Positions 23,336 to 37,118 of a stretch of 64,000 nucleotides of DNA are shown piece by piece. The DNA is from Podarcis muralis (Eukaryota): the NCBI RefSeq assembly GCF_964188315.1, contig NC_135656.1, forward strand, positions 92,566,001 through 92,630,000, in the 5' to 3' direction. The notes below the pieces were generated by a model. That model ran no database searches and was not told the DNA's origin. It saw only the letters and a list, made by a program, of their open reading frames with translations. The position numbers and the translations under genes are program-made. How positions within the stretch are numbered: position 1 is the first letter of the stretch; each line of letters begins with the position of its first letter.

Positions 23336-26300
23336 GGGTGGGGAATCTCAGACTTGGAGACTGACAGACCTCTATATCTGTCTTTTGAAACTTATGAAAT
23401 ACTGCCTTTAAAAAAAAAAAAATTCTTTGTGTACAACAAAACAAAAAGAAAGAAAGAAACTCTTCCCGGGCCACACCCCTTACCAGTCCTGTTTCATATC
23501 CTCATAGCTTCCTACGTTCCTAGTTTTGGGTGGAGGGCAGGTGTGTCAGTGACAAAAGACTCTAGAGCAGATAGCCACATTCCTTTCTTCACACATTCTT
23601 GAAATAAACTCCTGAATAGAGTTCTTAAGTATGGATTTAGAGAATTTCTGACCCCAGGCATTATACAAAAGAAGCGTATTCATGAAGCTCAGCTTCACTT
23701 TTTCTGGCTTTGCCATCCATCTGTGGATTTCTAAGACGTTACTATGCTTTTGATGCAGACTCCTTCTCTTCCTGTCCCATTGTTAATGAGCAAAGTCGAT
23801 GGAAAAGACGAACACTACGAACTGTTCTTGGAGGCTTGGCGCTCTAGGGTCAGTTTGCTGTACCCTTTTTGATATGTCCTCTTGGGAGAGTTGGATGCTG
23901 ACTGGCAGTATCCTTTCTAGCCTGGATAAGTGTTTTGGAAAGCTAAGCTCAGGTTACGCCCTTTCCTCTTCTGACTGGTAATCACATTTCCTTATTTGGT
24001 TGTTGCAAAAGGCAGCAGAAAGACACCGCTGCAGGTCTCTCCATGACACTTATCAAATTGCAGTAGATGCATCCGCACAATTGTCATGTGTCTCTGGAAG
24101 AACAGAAGCCAGCTCGGTTTGTATTTTGACCCAACCAATCAATAAGAGCTTTAGTTCATGCTTTTAAAACCTGGTGTACTCCAAGGTACCATTTGCTGTG
24201 CTCTCTGACCCTGGTTCAATAGTTGGCAAAACAACCTGGGAGGCTGAGTGAGGTTCTGTAAATTGGATGAGAAAGTAATGTGAATGAACTACAGAAATAC
24301 TTCCCTAATATTAGTTATATCAGTTGTGCCTTGATGGAAAGCATGCCATTTAAAAAAAAAAAAAATAGCCTGCCCATATTGACACGAAACATTAGCATTG
24401 TTGTAATAAAAACTCTGCCTTTCAAACCTTCGAAGAACTAACTTTGCACAGTCCTGGGTATAGGAGCAAGGGTGAAATATATTTGGGATGGCACTACTAT
24501 TAAGTCTTGATATTTATTTATTTTTAAATTTGTTTAATCATTTTTTCAATGCAAACATCAACCGCAAAAGACACATAGAACAAAAACCATAATAACAATA
24601 ATAACACAATTTGACAATTCAGATTTGAATATACTGATATACCTACAACTGCACCTTTTTAAACAATATTTTCCCACCTCTCTCTCCTCCCCCTTGATAC
24701 GTGTCATGCCATGGGGTCTCTAGGTCAGTGATGCCTCCATCTGCACCAACCTGGTTTCTAGGGCTCCCAGTGTTGAAATTAAGATGAACCACGAGTAAAC
24801 AGTCTCAGTGTAGGAAGATGGGGCTTCAGTTAGGACACACAGGAAAGGCTGGAATGGGTGGGCAACTGGTGAGGCTCATGGCCTAGCAGAAGGTTTTCTG
24901 ATCTTACTGCTGCTGCTCCTCATGCCCACTGTCACTGTTTATTTGCTCGCCTTTCTTTTCCTTCTAAAGCAGGGCCAGTGTTGACTGCTAGCATGGTTGG
25001 CTTCAGGCATTGGCCAAGGAAGGGGCCCACTGAGAAGAGCCTCCTGGACTCACTGCCATGAGGAGGCAGTAACTGAGAAATGGGGAGGGGGTATGGAGTG
25101 TGTGTTACTTAAGGAACCTTCAAAACTTGGAGCCAACACTGTTCTGGAGCACAGGGGGTGAACCACCAAGCAGGCAACAAGCAAGAAGAGCAGGAGCAGC
25201 ATCAAGTATCACCTGGTACTTGTCCACAGCATTTCTTCCTGGCAAATGAGTGGGTGGAAGCCACAGCAACGTAAGCAGAAGAAGGCAGGCAGGCAGTGAC
25301 TGCAACAGTGGGGAGGAGAAGGTGGCCTCACTGAAAGAGGGGACCGATATTGAGACGGGAGCTACTGAGGGCAGCTTGCCCAAAGGAGCTTCATAACCCA
25401 TCATAGGCATTGTATCCAAGTGCAACAAAGAAAAGGAAGGGAAAAGCATATATAATTAACGCAGAAAATGATAGATTAAAAATATAAAGAAGCGTTGCAC
25501 TCTTGAATATAAAACAACTGGTTAAATGATTTCTTTAGTCCCACTGTTTTAGCTTGCAAAAGAGCAAAGGTAGCAAAAGATCCACCTTGAAAAGCTTATG
25601 ATTGCCACAGTCCTTTTAAAGATGGAAAGAAGAAAAAACAGGAGAAAAGTCCCATTGTAGGTAAGGTGCAATAGTGCTCCCCCACCATTTATAGGGAGAA
25701 AATCATGGGAAATATTGCACAAAAGCACCCAATGTGGTTGTTTTGTGTTTAGGAATAACTAATTCATATTAAGTATTCTTGAAAAATGATCTTCTTAACT
25801 TGGGAAGCAGATACAAGTTCAGACATAAGCCTCTTTTTGCCAAATTTTCCATGGGCTGTATTGATCTACACTAGCTACCAATGAGCAGTCAAAGAAATCT
25901 TAAATGATTTCATAGTCAATTGGATTTCTGGTGGGAGCTGCTGTCCTCAGAGAAATTTCATTTCAATATGACAGTTTTCACAGCACTCTTTCATAAAAAT
26001 CTGAGCGTGATAAAACAGAGAGGGTGAAAGCTGTATACCTACAGCTCTGTATTTTCCTTAGATGTGCATCAGTACCCAAATGCAATCACTAATTTTACTA
26101 GGGAATAACCCATCCAGATATGGGCCTTGAACGTATTTAAATAGTGTCTAAGTGGACTGCCTTGAGTGATGTAAACAGAATTTGAGTACTTCTATTTGAA
26201 TGCCATATGCCTGTTCAGTTTTGTTTGCTTTTTCCAAATGGTCTTGTATTTGCATGAATATCAGGGTTCAAATGAGAGAGAGAGTTCAAATTTTCTAACA

Positions 26301-26360
26301 TGAACATTATATTTTTAATTGTCATTTCTGTATATGAAATGCAAACAAACAACCACTCAC

Positions 26361-26393
26361 AGAAAAGAAAATGTGAACTTGTATGAACTTGGT
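26361..26393 (-). CDS. Candidate 33-nt exon (phase 1: DQVHTSSHFLF)
   Basis: Minus: branch tctaac, long T-rich tract, first AG (ttctttcaaaaag|), 33 nt, then |gtgagt. The acceptor context is atypical. Confidence 0.25.
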
Positions 26394-26829
26394 CTTTTTG
26401 AAAGAACAAACAAAATAAAAAACAAAAAGTTAGATTGCCGCCAATAAGAGAATATAACCTTTGACTTCAGCGAGTTTATGATCAACTGAAGGGGTTGCAA
26501 AGCAAATCACCAAAAGAATCCTTATCAAAATTATTCATTGAATAGTTATGAATAATGGATATATTTGCAAGAATGAGGATCAGGTCACAATAACTGATGC
26601 AGAGTGGAAAGGGTTCAGTGAGCTGGATAATTTATTTGCAATGATTCATTGTGTAAGCTATGGCAAGGAATTAATGGCATTGACTGAAAAGTGAAATTAA
26701 GGGGCTCTGTATTGGTTGGTGGTGAGAAGAGGACCCTATACTAAGGCTAGCTATTTGTGATCAGATGAGTGTCTGGCTGATCTTCTTCCATGGCAGGGAG
26801 TGATGGGAGAAGCAACTTCTGTGGTTGGG

Positions 26830-26925
26830 AAGGAATCACTGAATCGTAGAATTGTAGAGTTGGAAGGGTCCCCCACAGGTCCTCAAGTCCAACCCCCTGC
26901 AATACAGGAATCTCAGCTAAGGAAC
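26830..26925 (-). mobile_element. CR1 3' end stub
   Basis: aatcgtagaattgtagagttggaaggg...gtccaaccccctgcaat, homologous to 243-310. Confidence 0.7.
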
Positions 26926-27043
26926 TATGAGGGAGGCATATATTGGGCTTTGAATGTGGAAGGTTCCAAGATCAACCCCTAATATTACCCAGTAGGACAT
27001 GTTGGGGCATACTGAAATGTCAGAGACCCTAGAGTGTGTAGGT

Positions 27044-27229
27044 CAGGGGTAGTCAACCCTTTTATACCCATCACCCACTAATGCATCTTTCTGGATGTTC
27101 AAATTCCCTTACTGCCCACCAGCGCTCAATGGAAGGAGGATTCAGCTTGTACCGTAGAACCCCCTACTGCCCACCTAGAATCTTGAAACGCCCACTAGTG
27201 GGTGGTAGGGACCAGGTTGACAACCCCTG
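27044..27229. mobile_element. hAT MITE inserted in a tRNA-SINE relic
   Basis: TIRs caggggtagtcaacc / ggttgacaacccctg and 8-bp TSD gtgtaggt (27036-27043, 27230-27237). The right flank matches the SINE tail seen at 30190-30253. Confidence 0.9.
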
Positions 27230-30064
27230 GTGTAGGTAATACTGAGCTAGAAGTACAAATGGTCTGTCTCAGTGTAAAGCAGTTTCCTACATTCCTACGA
27301 GTAGGAGAACCCATGTCTTTCTTGCAGAGGGTCTTCGGTTCAATCCCTACTGCAACCATTTTAAAAAGCATAAGGTAGTAAGTGATGAAAAAGATCTCTG
27401 CCTTCGACTCTGGAGACAGTCTGAGTAGACAACCCTGAACTAGATGCACAAATAGCTTACCGTGACATAAGGCAGCTGTGTATGTTCTACAATGGACTCT
27501 TAATTCGGCCCATGAGGCTGTGTCCCCTAACTTTTCGGAATAAAGCACTGTGTGTGATTGTAGGTTTTCTGTTAGCAGCAAACCAAGGCTGCTGTGGTTA
27601 GCAAGGAACAATTTATTTGCTTACCAAAAAAAAAGTACAGAAGGCTCCAGGCGAAATCTCAAATACGTGCTATCTAACTTAAATGTCTGTCTCAAACTTC
27701 TACTTGGGTATAACTCGAGTCCTCCACATTCAGTGTTCAAATTGGACAATAGAGTGCTGGCAAAAAAAGAAGATTGTATATGGACAAGTGATGAAAACCT
27801 GTAGTATATTATTAAGCGGAATGATACCTTCTCCACCAACCAGTAAGCTTGAAAAAGGCTGCACAATACAGAGCAAAATGTGTGTATCAGTGGAAAAACA
27901 GAAATTAAGCACTGTAATGCAAATGTTTCAATTTATGACAGTGGTTAAAACAACAGAAGTTTGAGGATATGGGGAAAACCAGTAAAAGTCTCTTGGTGAT
28001 CACAGCCAGTAAATGGAGAGTGATTTGAGAAGCCCTTTCTGGAGCTGGGCACTGGGGAAATGGACCTCATCTTTTTGTTTGCCTGTTTTCTTTTTAGTCT
28101 GTTTCAATGTGCAGAGGATTAAGCTGTGAGGCTAGATAATGTCCTGTGCATAATAATTACTAGGACACAAGACATGTTGAAATCAATGGGGTGTAGGCCA
28201 GGTCTAGACATTATGCTCATCTGGTGGTCTTGAAGTTGTCGAACAATGTCTTTGGTCATTTGTGATGTGTATAACATGCAGTTGGCATACAGAGTCTCTT
28301 ACTCCCCAACCATAAAAGTCACCTCAGAAATTCTGTCACAATTTGGCAGGCTGGCCTACCCACGTGGTAAGTGTAATATTTACATTAAGTTCACATGGGA
28401 TAGTGCTTGGGATGAAGGTGGTTTGTCCACGAAAGCTGTTTGTGTGTCAGAGGATCTGATGGGGAATGCACAGCCCTCTTTTCCATAGTTATCTGTCAAA
28501 GTACTGACACAAAAGGAGTCATTAGACAGCTTGAGTCCTAATCATGATGAATTCAAAATAATGTGTGAGGGCTTAAACTTGGGTCAGCCTGAAGCCAGTG
28601 ACCAGAGGCAAAAGCAGACAGAGCAGTGAATGTAGAAATGGCCCTTGTATGTTAGGGCTCTTTCTACAGATACTTGCACACCCCTCTCTATTCTCATCCT
28701 GGGAACAAAATACATTATCAGAATTCAAGGGCCCATTTCACTCAAGGAAATTACCAAGAAGAGCAACAGAGGCTTGGGGAAAAGGGATGCATGATTTGGA
28801 AGGGGATGTGGTGTGCAGAGAGTCCCAGTGGTATGAGGTTCCCCAGCCCTGAGGTATAGGAAGTGGCCATGCCTGGGAAGAGGCAATACCCTCCTCTAAA
28901 CTGGGTGCCTGCTTTTCCCCAGCCTTCTTGCATTGAGTGGAAAGGTCAGAAGAGGGCTTTTAAGCACATTTGACTAAACTTGCTTACAAGCCTGCTTGCA
29001 GTCAGCAACCCCAGTAATGCAGGATTCTCAACAGCAGGACAGTTTAAAAGTGTGTTCACCAAACACATTTACAAGACCCCTTCAGGCTTTCCCACTCAGT
29101 TCAGGGAGGTCAGGGATGAAGCAAGCTTGCCTCTTCACCCTACTTTTAAGCCCTCACACATTATTTTGAATGCTTGGATAGCGATAGAGAGGGGGGAAAG
29201 ATGTGGCTGTTTCTTTAAAAGGAAGAATGAAGGGGTTGGTTTTCCAGGGACATGGCGGGCCCTAGTAGATCAGGACAGTTGTGCATAACATGCTATGTAG
29301 GATGTTGTAAAACTGCAGATCTGATCATTGCTCTGATCTATTTCTCCTAGGACTAATGTGTTAATGAAACTTCTTTTTAAAAGATAAAATAAAAGCTTAC
29401 TATTCAAAGATGTTTATGAAAGATGCTCCTTCGACTTTGTGCATAATTAATGGTTTGTGCGAATAAACACAACTGTTCAGACTTGAGTTTAGCTGTCTTT
29501 CTGTCTTTGTAGAAAAGTAACCTTTAAAGTAGATGCCTGCCATTATAATGGCATAAATGTGTTCCCTGGAATCATAATTGTTGCCTATCGTCCCTCTCTG
29601 TGGGAACAACACCCACCAACCGTAAGGCTTTTCACCCTGTTACACTGAAATCTGTTTTCAGTTCTCTGCATCTTGAATCCAGTGCTGTGACATCAGCTAC
29701 CTAGACTGTACTAGACTGATAAGAGACTAGTTTTGAAAGTGATGTTGGTGAGGGAGATAGCGGAACAGCAGCTGTCTTCACCTTTTTCTGTATCACCAAA
29801 ACAATCCCTCTGCACCTCCTCCTCACTGGTGGGGACTATGGACATGAGAAACAGGTAAAGCGTTTAACTCAGGAATAGGGAATCTGTGGCCCTCCAGATG
29901 TTTTAAAGCTCCAGTTCTCATCAGCTTCAGCCTTCAAGGCCAATGGTCATTCAGCAACATCTGGAGGATATTATACTTTCTGATCTCATGAAATGAATGT
30001 GAGGATGGCCCTGCCTTCCTCCATCACATTCCTGAACAGCTACTTAATATTCCCTTTCCAATTT

Positions 30065-30253
30065 GAGGAAGAGCCACAGCTCAGAGACAGAGCATCTGCT
30101 TTGGGTGAAAACTCAGGTTCAATCCCAAGCATCTCTAGGTAGGCCCAGAAAAAACCCCAGTCTGAAACCCCAGAGAGCCCCGGCCAGTCAGTGTTGACCA
30201 TACTAAGCTAGACAGACGAATGGTCTCAGTATAAGGCAGCTTCCTCTGCTCCT
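30065..30253 (+). mobile_element. tRNA(Ala)-like SINE (Squam2-like), degraded
   Basis: Head gagccacagctcag...gagcatctgc...caggttcaatccc; body gccagtcagtgttgaccatactaagctag...gtataaggcagcttcct. Confidence 0.75.
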
Positions 30254-33200
30254 AGGTTACCAGTGCCATCACCTTCTGTGTGTTGGGAAGGGAATGTCTA
30301 TAGGGAGGAAACTTCTCAGCTGATGCAGACTCCTCATGCAGTTCAGGTCCCTGGAATATCATGTTTCAATACACTACTAAAAGCCACAAGTATAGCAGGA
30401 ATCTTGCTGTAGTTGCTTCCTTTCCCACACATGAAAGGCGACGAAGTTAGGAACATGGTAGAGATGGAGTGTGTGTATCCAATGGCCTAATCTCTACCCC
30501 CCCCCCCAAAAAAAACCCCTCACCAACCACTGGCGGAGAGTGGAGCAACTTGCAAATCCTACCCTGCACTGATCCACCTGACTCTCAGCCTTCAGTTACC
30601 TCATCCTTATCCCCAAGGATGCTTACTTGCCAGGGCAGTTCTCCAGCAATGGTCCTGTTTTGTTGCCACTTACTTTCTCCTTGGCCTCTGATGTTGCTGA
30701 GGTCCAAAAGGTGGGCAGATGCAGAGTAGTTGCTGGGGAGCTGCCCTGGCCCATCCTAGATGTTCACCTGCAGCTCGTCTGGGCCTGCCACCCACTACTT
30801 AGTACCTGCCCCCAGTTCTGCTTGCTCATTCACCTGCCTGTTCTTCTGTCATTCTGCAGTTCCCATGGCCACCTACTGGCAGCCACACAAACTGCAGTAT
30901 GATAACATTTGTTTTTTTTCTTACAAAAATATGGTAGAGATATAGAAATACATTTTTTTTTGCACCTCCTGCTTTTTCATATTCATTCCTGCATCTGCAA
31001 AACCTGGAAAAAGTAATCTGTAACTTAGCCCTGAGTATCAGAGTTCAGAAAGAGATATGATGAATCAGGACTATCAGCATTATCCAGACAAGAGTGAGAT
31101 AATGTTTAGTAGAGATAAGAAAGTAAAAGTGCCCTACATAGGATATTACTTACTAAAGTATCATGGCCAGATGGTGATAGAGTTGACTTTCACATAACAT
31201 TCAGATGGAAATTAATCCTGATTTGAGATGAGATTCATAAATATTCTTTAGAGACAGAGGAAATGCTTTCTTTTAATTAATCTACATTTCTTCTTTCTTG
31301 AAACAAGGTGCAGCATCAAAAGACTGTATCTACAAACTGTATGATTAACTTTATTCTTCCTCAAAAATTACAGCTATTAGTTTGAGGGGAGAGTGTCTGT
31401 TCTACCTTTTATAAATTTCATTTACACATAATTTTTTCCCAAGCTCAGACACAGCCTTGACAGATGGCATCCACTATTTAATGAATATGATAGACTATTA
31501 CAAATGGAACACAAGTGCAAAAGGGGAACTGACAAAAAAGAAAAAAAAATGCCTTTAAAAACAGGACGTAAGAGTATGATTAAGCTAAAGGCAGCCACTT
31601 TTGTGGAAATTATTCAGAGCAGCCATTTAACATATTTTTGAACCCACCGTTAGGGTTGTGCAGAAATTCTATTGGATTCACTAAACATTTTTTTTAACCA
31701 GAAAATGAACTTCATACCTGCCTTGAGTTTTGCTTCAGATGAAATCCAATTTTGTATGAAACTCCTCACTCCCAAACTAAAACCAACCAAGCAAGCAAAA
31801 ACCTCAGGTATTCTTTTTCTGAATAGAACCACCAAATTTGGGTTGATTTTTAAATGATTGTTATTTAGGCCCATTTAATCCCTCACATTTCCTATATCTA
31901 AATCTGCCTGGCAACAGTATCTGCCACTGGCCTTCTCTATGCTGAGCCATTCATTTCCATGGAAACACAGTCTGGATAGAAAGGCCATAGAAGTAACCTC
32001 TGGCTTGAGGCATGGATGATTTGGCCACCATCTCCTGTCATGCTATTTGAAATGCTGTCTAATCTGTTATCCGTCTACCCCAGTGTTGTTGAGGTTGGCT
32101 GCTTGTGCCATGGATAACTGTGGGGAAAAGATCCTGGATGAGAGAAAGGATGGGTGAATGGGTGAAGCTAGCAGCTTTGTTTGTACATCTGCCTCCCATA
32201 CTTCTTCTTCATACAGTACATCTGTTGCTGAGAGATATATAGGGGGTAGGCTTGTACATTCCTTTTGTTACTTTGGCAACTAGCCGGTGGGTGGATAGGA
32301 TTTGCAGCACTGATTATGTTCCTCTTGTCTTACTTTGTGGGTATAGTAGACAGTGGTGGGGGTTTGTTGGGGTACAGTTCAGTTCTCCTCTGTGCCCAGT
32401 TATTGACCTCCTTATTGAGTCGCCTGTGTATTTGGGCTTAGAGATACATGGCACACTGACCCCTGAAAGAGAGTCCACTGTATTAATTCCACCAATCAGT
32501 GTTACTTGCTTGCTCCAAAATACCTTAATACAATGAGTAACACATTCTATAAATCCATGCAAACAAATGTAAATATTTTTTAATTGTCTTTGTATAATTT
32601 AAATCGACTGATGAATGCTCAATTAGATAGTTTGTTCTGAACTAAAAGAACCCCAATGAGATTGAATATGATGAACTGTTGACTATCCTAATTTTATAAT
32701 ATTAATAAAATATGACTAAAAATGTAGGAAGGTTAGTGTTTCTGATTTGAAGAACACAAAAGCATGAGGGGGGGAAACGTCCAACGCTGAACATACATAT
32801 TTAAATTTGTCTGGAGGGTTTTTTGTCAAATTGCCCTGCTGTTCTGTGTAAAAAGCTGTGAATCACCATGGAAACCAATTATTAGTTCCTCATACCATCT
32901 CCATATTCAATGAACACCAGACCCATCCTATTCTCCATTTTAATTATTGTATGACAAAGTCTACATAATTATTTTCAAAATTTTATTTAACAAGATTTGA
33001 AATTACTGTATATAAAGATCCAATTACTTTCCTAATACATTATTGTTGCTTCTGGTATCTGGGAGATAGCTAAAACATGTCAGGTGGGGGGGGGGGGAGA
33101 AGTCTCCGGCCAATTACATTAGCCACTTTTTATAGCTTGCAATAGCCCAAGGTGGTACAGAAGTTTGACAAACATTCTCATCGATTTCCCCACACACATC

Positions 33201-34432
33201 TGTTTCCTAAGTAACTTTTAAAAGTTGAGACATTGTTACTAGAGTGTGTCACATCCCTGCCCTTCTAGATTTTATTTGTCTTTTTTCTAGATAGAAATAC
33301 AAAATATCATCTTCAGCCCTGTAGATCTTCTTGAGGCCTGGCAGTAGGTAACCAATGGAGGAAGGTTTCCATTGCCCCAATCTTGAAAAACTGTATATTG
33401 AGCTAGGTATGAAGAGTGGGGGAAAGAGATCATATTCCTTAAGAGCCACACTAAAAGTCTCATAGCAACTGCAGGTGTTGGGATGGATCTAATTAGCACC
33501 AGAACATTTGAAAGGGGAACAAGTTCACGCTTTTCCACTGCGCTGTTTTTTTTTTTTTTTTGATTAAAATTGTACACAGAGCCTGCCAAAGCTGCTATTT
33601 TCACTAAATGGTAAAACAGACGAGTACCCATATGGAACCAGTATGTCTGTTCCTGTGGGACAAACTGTAGCTTCCTAAGGGGGAAGATTCAGTTGAGCAT
33701 GGGAAGAGTTCGTTTCCTTTGGGGCTCTCTGCAGCTCCTATTAAACTTAAAAAATAAAACAAAATAGTAGCAAGATCCAGTCATGGATCTCCCAGTGCCC
33801 TGCCTAGCAATTTTGTGAATGTTTACTCAGAAGTAAATGCCTCTCTATTGAAAGCATTAAACAGTAAAGATAAGCATGCATAGGATTTTAGGCTAAAAAA
33901 CAAAAAAAAAAGTATTGTAGTCTACTTACATTGGCCATGGTGGAAAGTAGGAACAATCTGGTTTTATTTTAAACCTGATTGCTTCACTAGTTCCAGGCAC
34001 TGAAACCAGGAGAGGATTAAGCCCAGTGCTGAGATTGGCTAGGAATCCAATTAATCTGGGCTAGCGGACAGCTCTCCCATGACCTTTCCATCCACCTAGA
34101 CATTTGGTGGCAGCAGAAAGCCAGCTCATCTGGAGAAGATAGGTAGAGGGACCCCTGTTCCTAATCTAATCCCACATTATCTGGGAACTCTCTGTGGGTG
34201 GATTTCTCATCTGAAGATGCATTTATCCGTCTTTTGATCTTGTTTGCCTTTAAAACACTGTGGGGGAAATATTGGGGTTCAAATCTGGGCTGCCTGGAAC
34301 AGACGGTAGGAATCCACACACCAATTGTCAGTCAAACAATTGACTGACATTTAGGCCATTGTGACACAACCTCAGCCAGCAAGTAGTTGAGGGCTGGCAC
34401 ACCGAATATGAAAGCAGCACAAGCATTTATAC

Positions 34433-34568
34433 CAGGCATAGGCAAACTCGTCCCTCCTGATGTTTTGAGACTACAACTCCCATCATCCCTGACCACTGGT
34501 CCTGTTAGCTAGGGGTGATGGGAGCTGTAGTCCCAAACCATCTGGAGGGACGAGTTGGCCTATGCCTG
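34433..34568. mobile_element. hAT MITE
   Basis: TIRs caggcataggcaaactc / gagttggcctatgcctg; TSD atttatac / atttatag; palindromic interior. Confidence 0.9.
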
Positions 34569-35045
34569 ATTTATAGACTTACAAGCAAAGGGGCAAGTTA
34601 TGTCCATATACGGCAGTACTTCCTTCTACTAGCTTGATCACAAGGCACAACTTCCTAGCTTTCCCTCCCTCCTTTGTCCTCAATGGTTATAGCTCCTGAG
34701 CATGTGTCCTTGTGTCCATCTCTCATTGTTCTCTTGCAAACACAATGGGAGAACGGGCCTTTTCCAGGGTGGTTCCCTGCTTGTGGAATGTTCTCCCCAG
34801 GGAGGCTCAACGGGTGCCTTCATTACATATCTTTAGGCACTAGGCAAAAACTTTCCACTTCTCCTAGCCCCTTGGCTAATTAAACAATCTACTCCCTTGT
34901 TTTGTTTGTTACTGTGTTATGTATTTTTATAGTAAACTGCACTGTGATCCTCTGATGAAGGGCAGTATAGAAATTTAATAAATAATGCTAATGTTACATG
35001 CCACCCCTATCTCTAAAACAGTTCAAAATTCCCGTGTTTCCAAGC

Positions 35046-35140
35046 ACCTACCCAGGGTTCATGTTTCCTTTGGGAATGAGGTGCCGTGGAAAGTGTGGTG
35101 TCTTTATATGGTTTATTTACACATGTATACTATGATGGGG
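35046..35140 (-). mobile_element. Degraded LTR 3'-end fragment (same family as 45990-46115)
   Basis: The minus strand has gtaaataaaccatat...gacaccaca...cctcattc..aaaggaaac..ccctgggta in both copies. Confidence 0.5.
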
Positions 35141-35493
35141 GCGTGTTCTAGCAATGCACTCAAAGCGTGTCCTGTTTCTCCCACGACTGGCTCCTTGGAT
35201 CCAAACTTCCAGTCTCTATTCTGCTCTGCCCCGCTTTCCCCAGCTTGCATACGGCTTGCAAACTGCACCTATCTTCCCTTCTTCTTACCTCTTGGGCAAC
35301 AGCAGTTCTGGAACTCCCAACTCTTTGCCTTGTTGATGGTTTTATTGATGGGTCTTCACCCTGTCTTTGTTTGCTTAACAACTTGACCATTCTCAGGCTG
35401 GCCTTGCGATTTTGACACTGCTAAATTCAGCCAAGCATTGATTAAATTCTAGCACTGACTAAATCCAAGCATCCACAAACTCTGATACTCTAA

Positions 35494-35497
<4 letters not shown>

Positions 35498-35541
<44 letters not shown>
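35498..35541. repeat. (AAT)n microsatellite
   Basis: Direct read. Confidence 0.95.
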
Positions 35542-35542
<1 letters not shown>

Positions 35543-36740
35543 GCAATAGCATCCACCCTTCCATTGCACAGCCCTTCTCTCACACATTTCAGTTTTCAAG
35601 CTATAATGTTCATAATTTCTCCAATAACGCCACAGATGGCTTTACAGTGTGTTTATTCCATATAGTTACATTATTTTTACTTTTATATACAACCCTTCGA
35701 TATATTCCCAGGGCTGTATACAAATGGAGTAAAACAATTTAAATGTAAATACAAAATTAATTAATTATTTCTAGAGAGCCACAAAATCATAAAAGCAAGG
35801 GATGTGTGTGTGTGTGGGGGGGGAACCTTTCAGCAGGACTGAAATACATTTGGGAGCTCTTTGCCACTGATGAAAATTTCCCCCGATTCGGTGCACTGAA
35901 ATCTTCACAAGCTACTGCGATGCAGGAAGAACAACTGAGAGGGCACCAGTGCTTCCCAAAGGACAAGCATAGATACTGCTCATTAGTCAAGGCAACTTCG
36001 CTATCATTAGAAACACTGCGAGCTCAAAGAAACCCCACAGTATGTTGCTGTACAATCTAAGGTCACCGTACATAAAGAAATGCCATCCCAAATTGGCACG
36101 GTGCTTGAGAGCCTTATAGAAAAGCATATTGACAGTGAAACTTTTCTAATCAGGTAAATTATCACTTTGCACACACAAAAAGACAGATTTCCTTAATAAC
36201 ATCACAGCTCTGGGGAAGTTGGAGGAGAGGTCATCAATAAAAGCAATTACACGTTCAATGGGAGCAGCAAAGTATGCTATAGCACGTTTCTCGATCTTTT
36301 TGGTAATTTCAAATGGGTTGTCCTTGTATGAAACAAGCCCATTTTAAAAGTCATGCAACACATCAATACTACATTAGGTTAGATTTCATTTTATGGAATG
36401 GCTGTCTTTCTGTTATAGGTTGTAAACCGAAAGGACGTCCTGCCATGTCAAACCCTACACTGTGGTGTCCCATTTATGGGGGGCACATGATCTGGCACAG
36501 AGTTAGTATTGGGGAACAACCTATCTCTTTCTTTGGATGCTAGGAAAAATGTATCTGCCTTTTATGGTGTTGTGCTTGACTTTCGACCCACATTCTTGTA
36601 ACTCACAGACGTGCTGCAAGAGGGCACTTGCGCCGATCAATCGGAATGGGAATGCAGTCACAGAATATTATGGGCTATATCCCATCATATAAAATATCAA
36701 GGCGGAATACAATAAATATGAAAAGTACAGTAAAACATAA

Positions 36741-37118
36741 TTCAAATTCAAAATGGTGCTGGAGGAGACTCTTGAGAGTCCCATGGACTGCAAGAAGATC
36801 AAACGCATCCATTCTGAAGGAAATCAGCCCTGAGTGCTCACTGGAAGGACAGATCCTGAAGCTGAGGCTCCAATACTTTGGCCACCTCATGAGAAGAGAA
36901 GACTCCCTGGGAAAGACCCTGATGTTGGGAAAGATGGAGGGCACAAGGAGAAGGGGACGACAGAGGACAAGATGGTTGGACAGTGTTCTTGAAGCTACAA
37001 ACATGAGTCTGACCAAACTGCTGGAGGCAGTAAAAGACAGGAGTGCCTGGTGTGCTCTGGTCCATGGGGTCACGAAGAGTCGGACATGACTAAACGACTA
37101 AACAACAACAACAAAACA
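36741..37118 (+). mobile_element. Bov-B (RTE) LINE 3' fragment, 5'-truncated
   Basis: Translation WCWRRLLRVPWTARRSN...QYFGHLMRREDSL.KTLMLGK.EG.RRRGRQR.RWLD is Bov-B. (CAA)n tail. 14-bp TSD acagtaaaacataa (36727-36740, 37119-37132). Confidence 0.95.
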
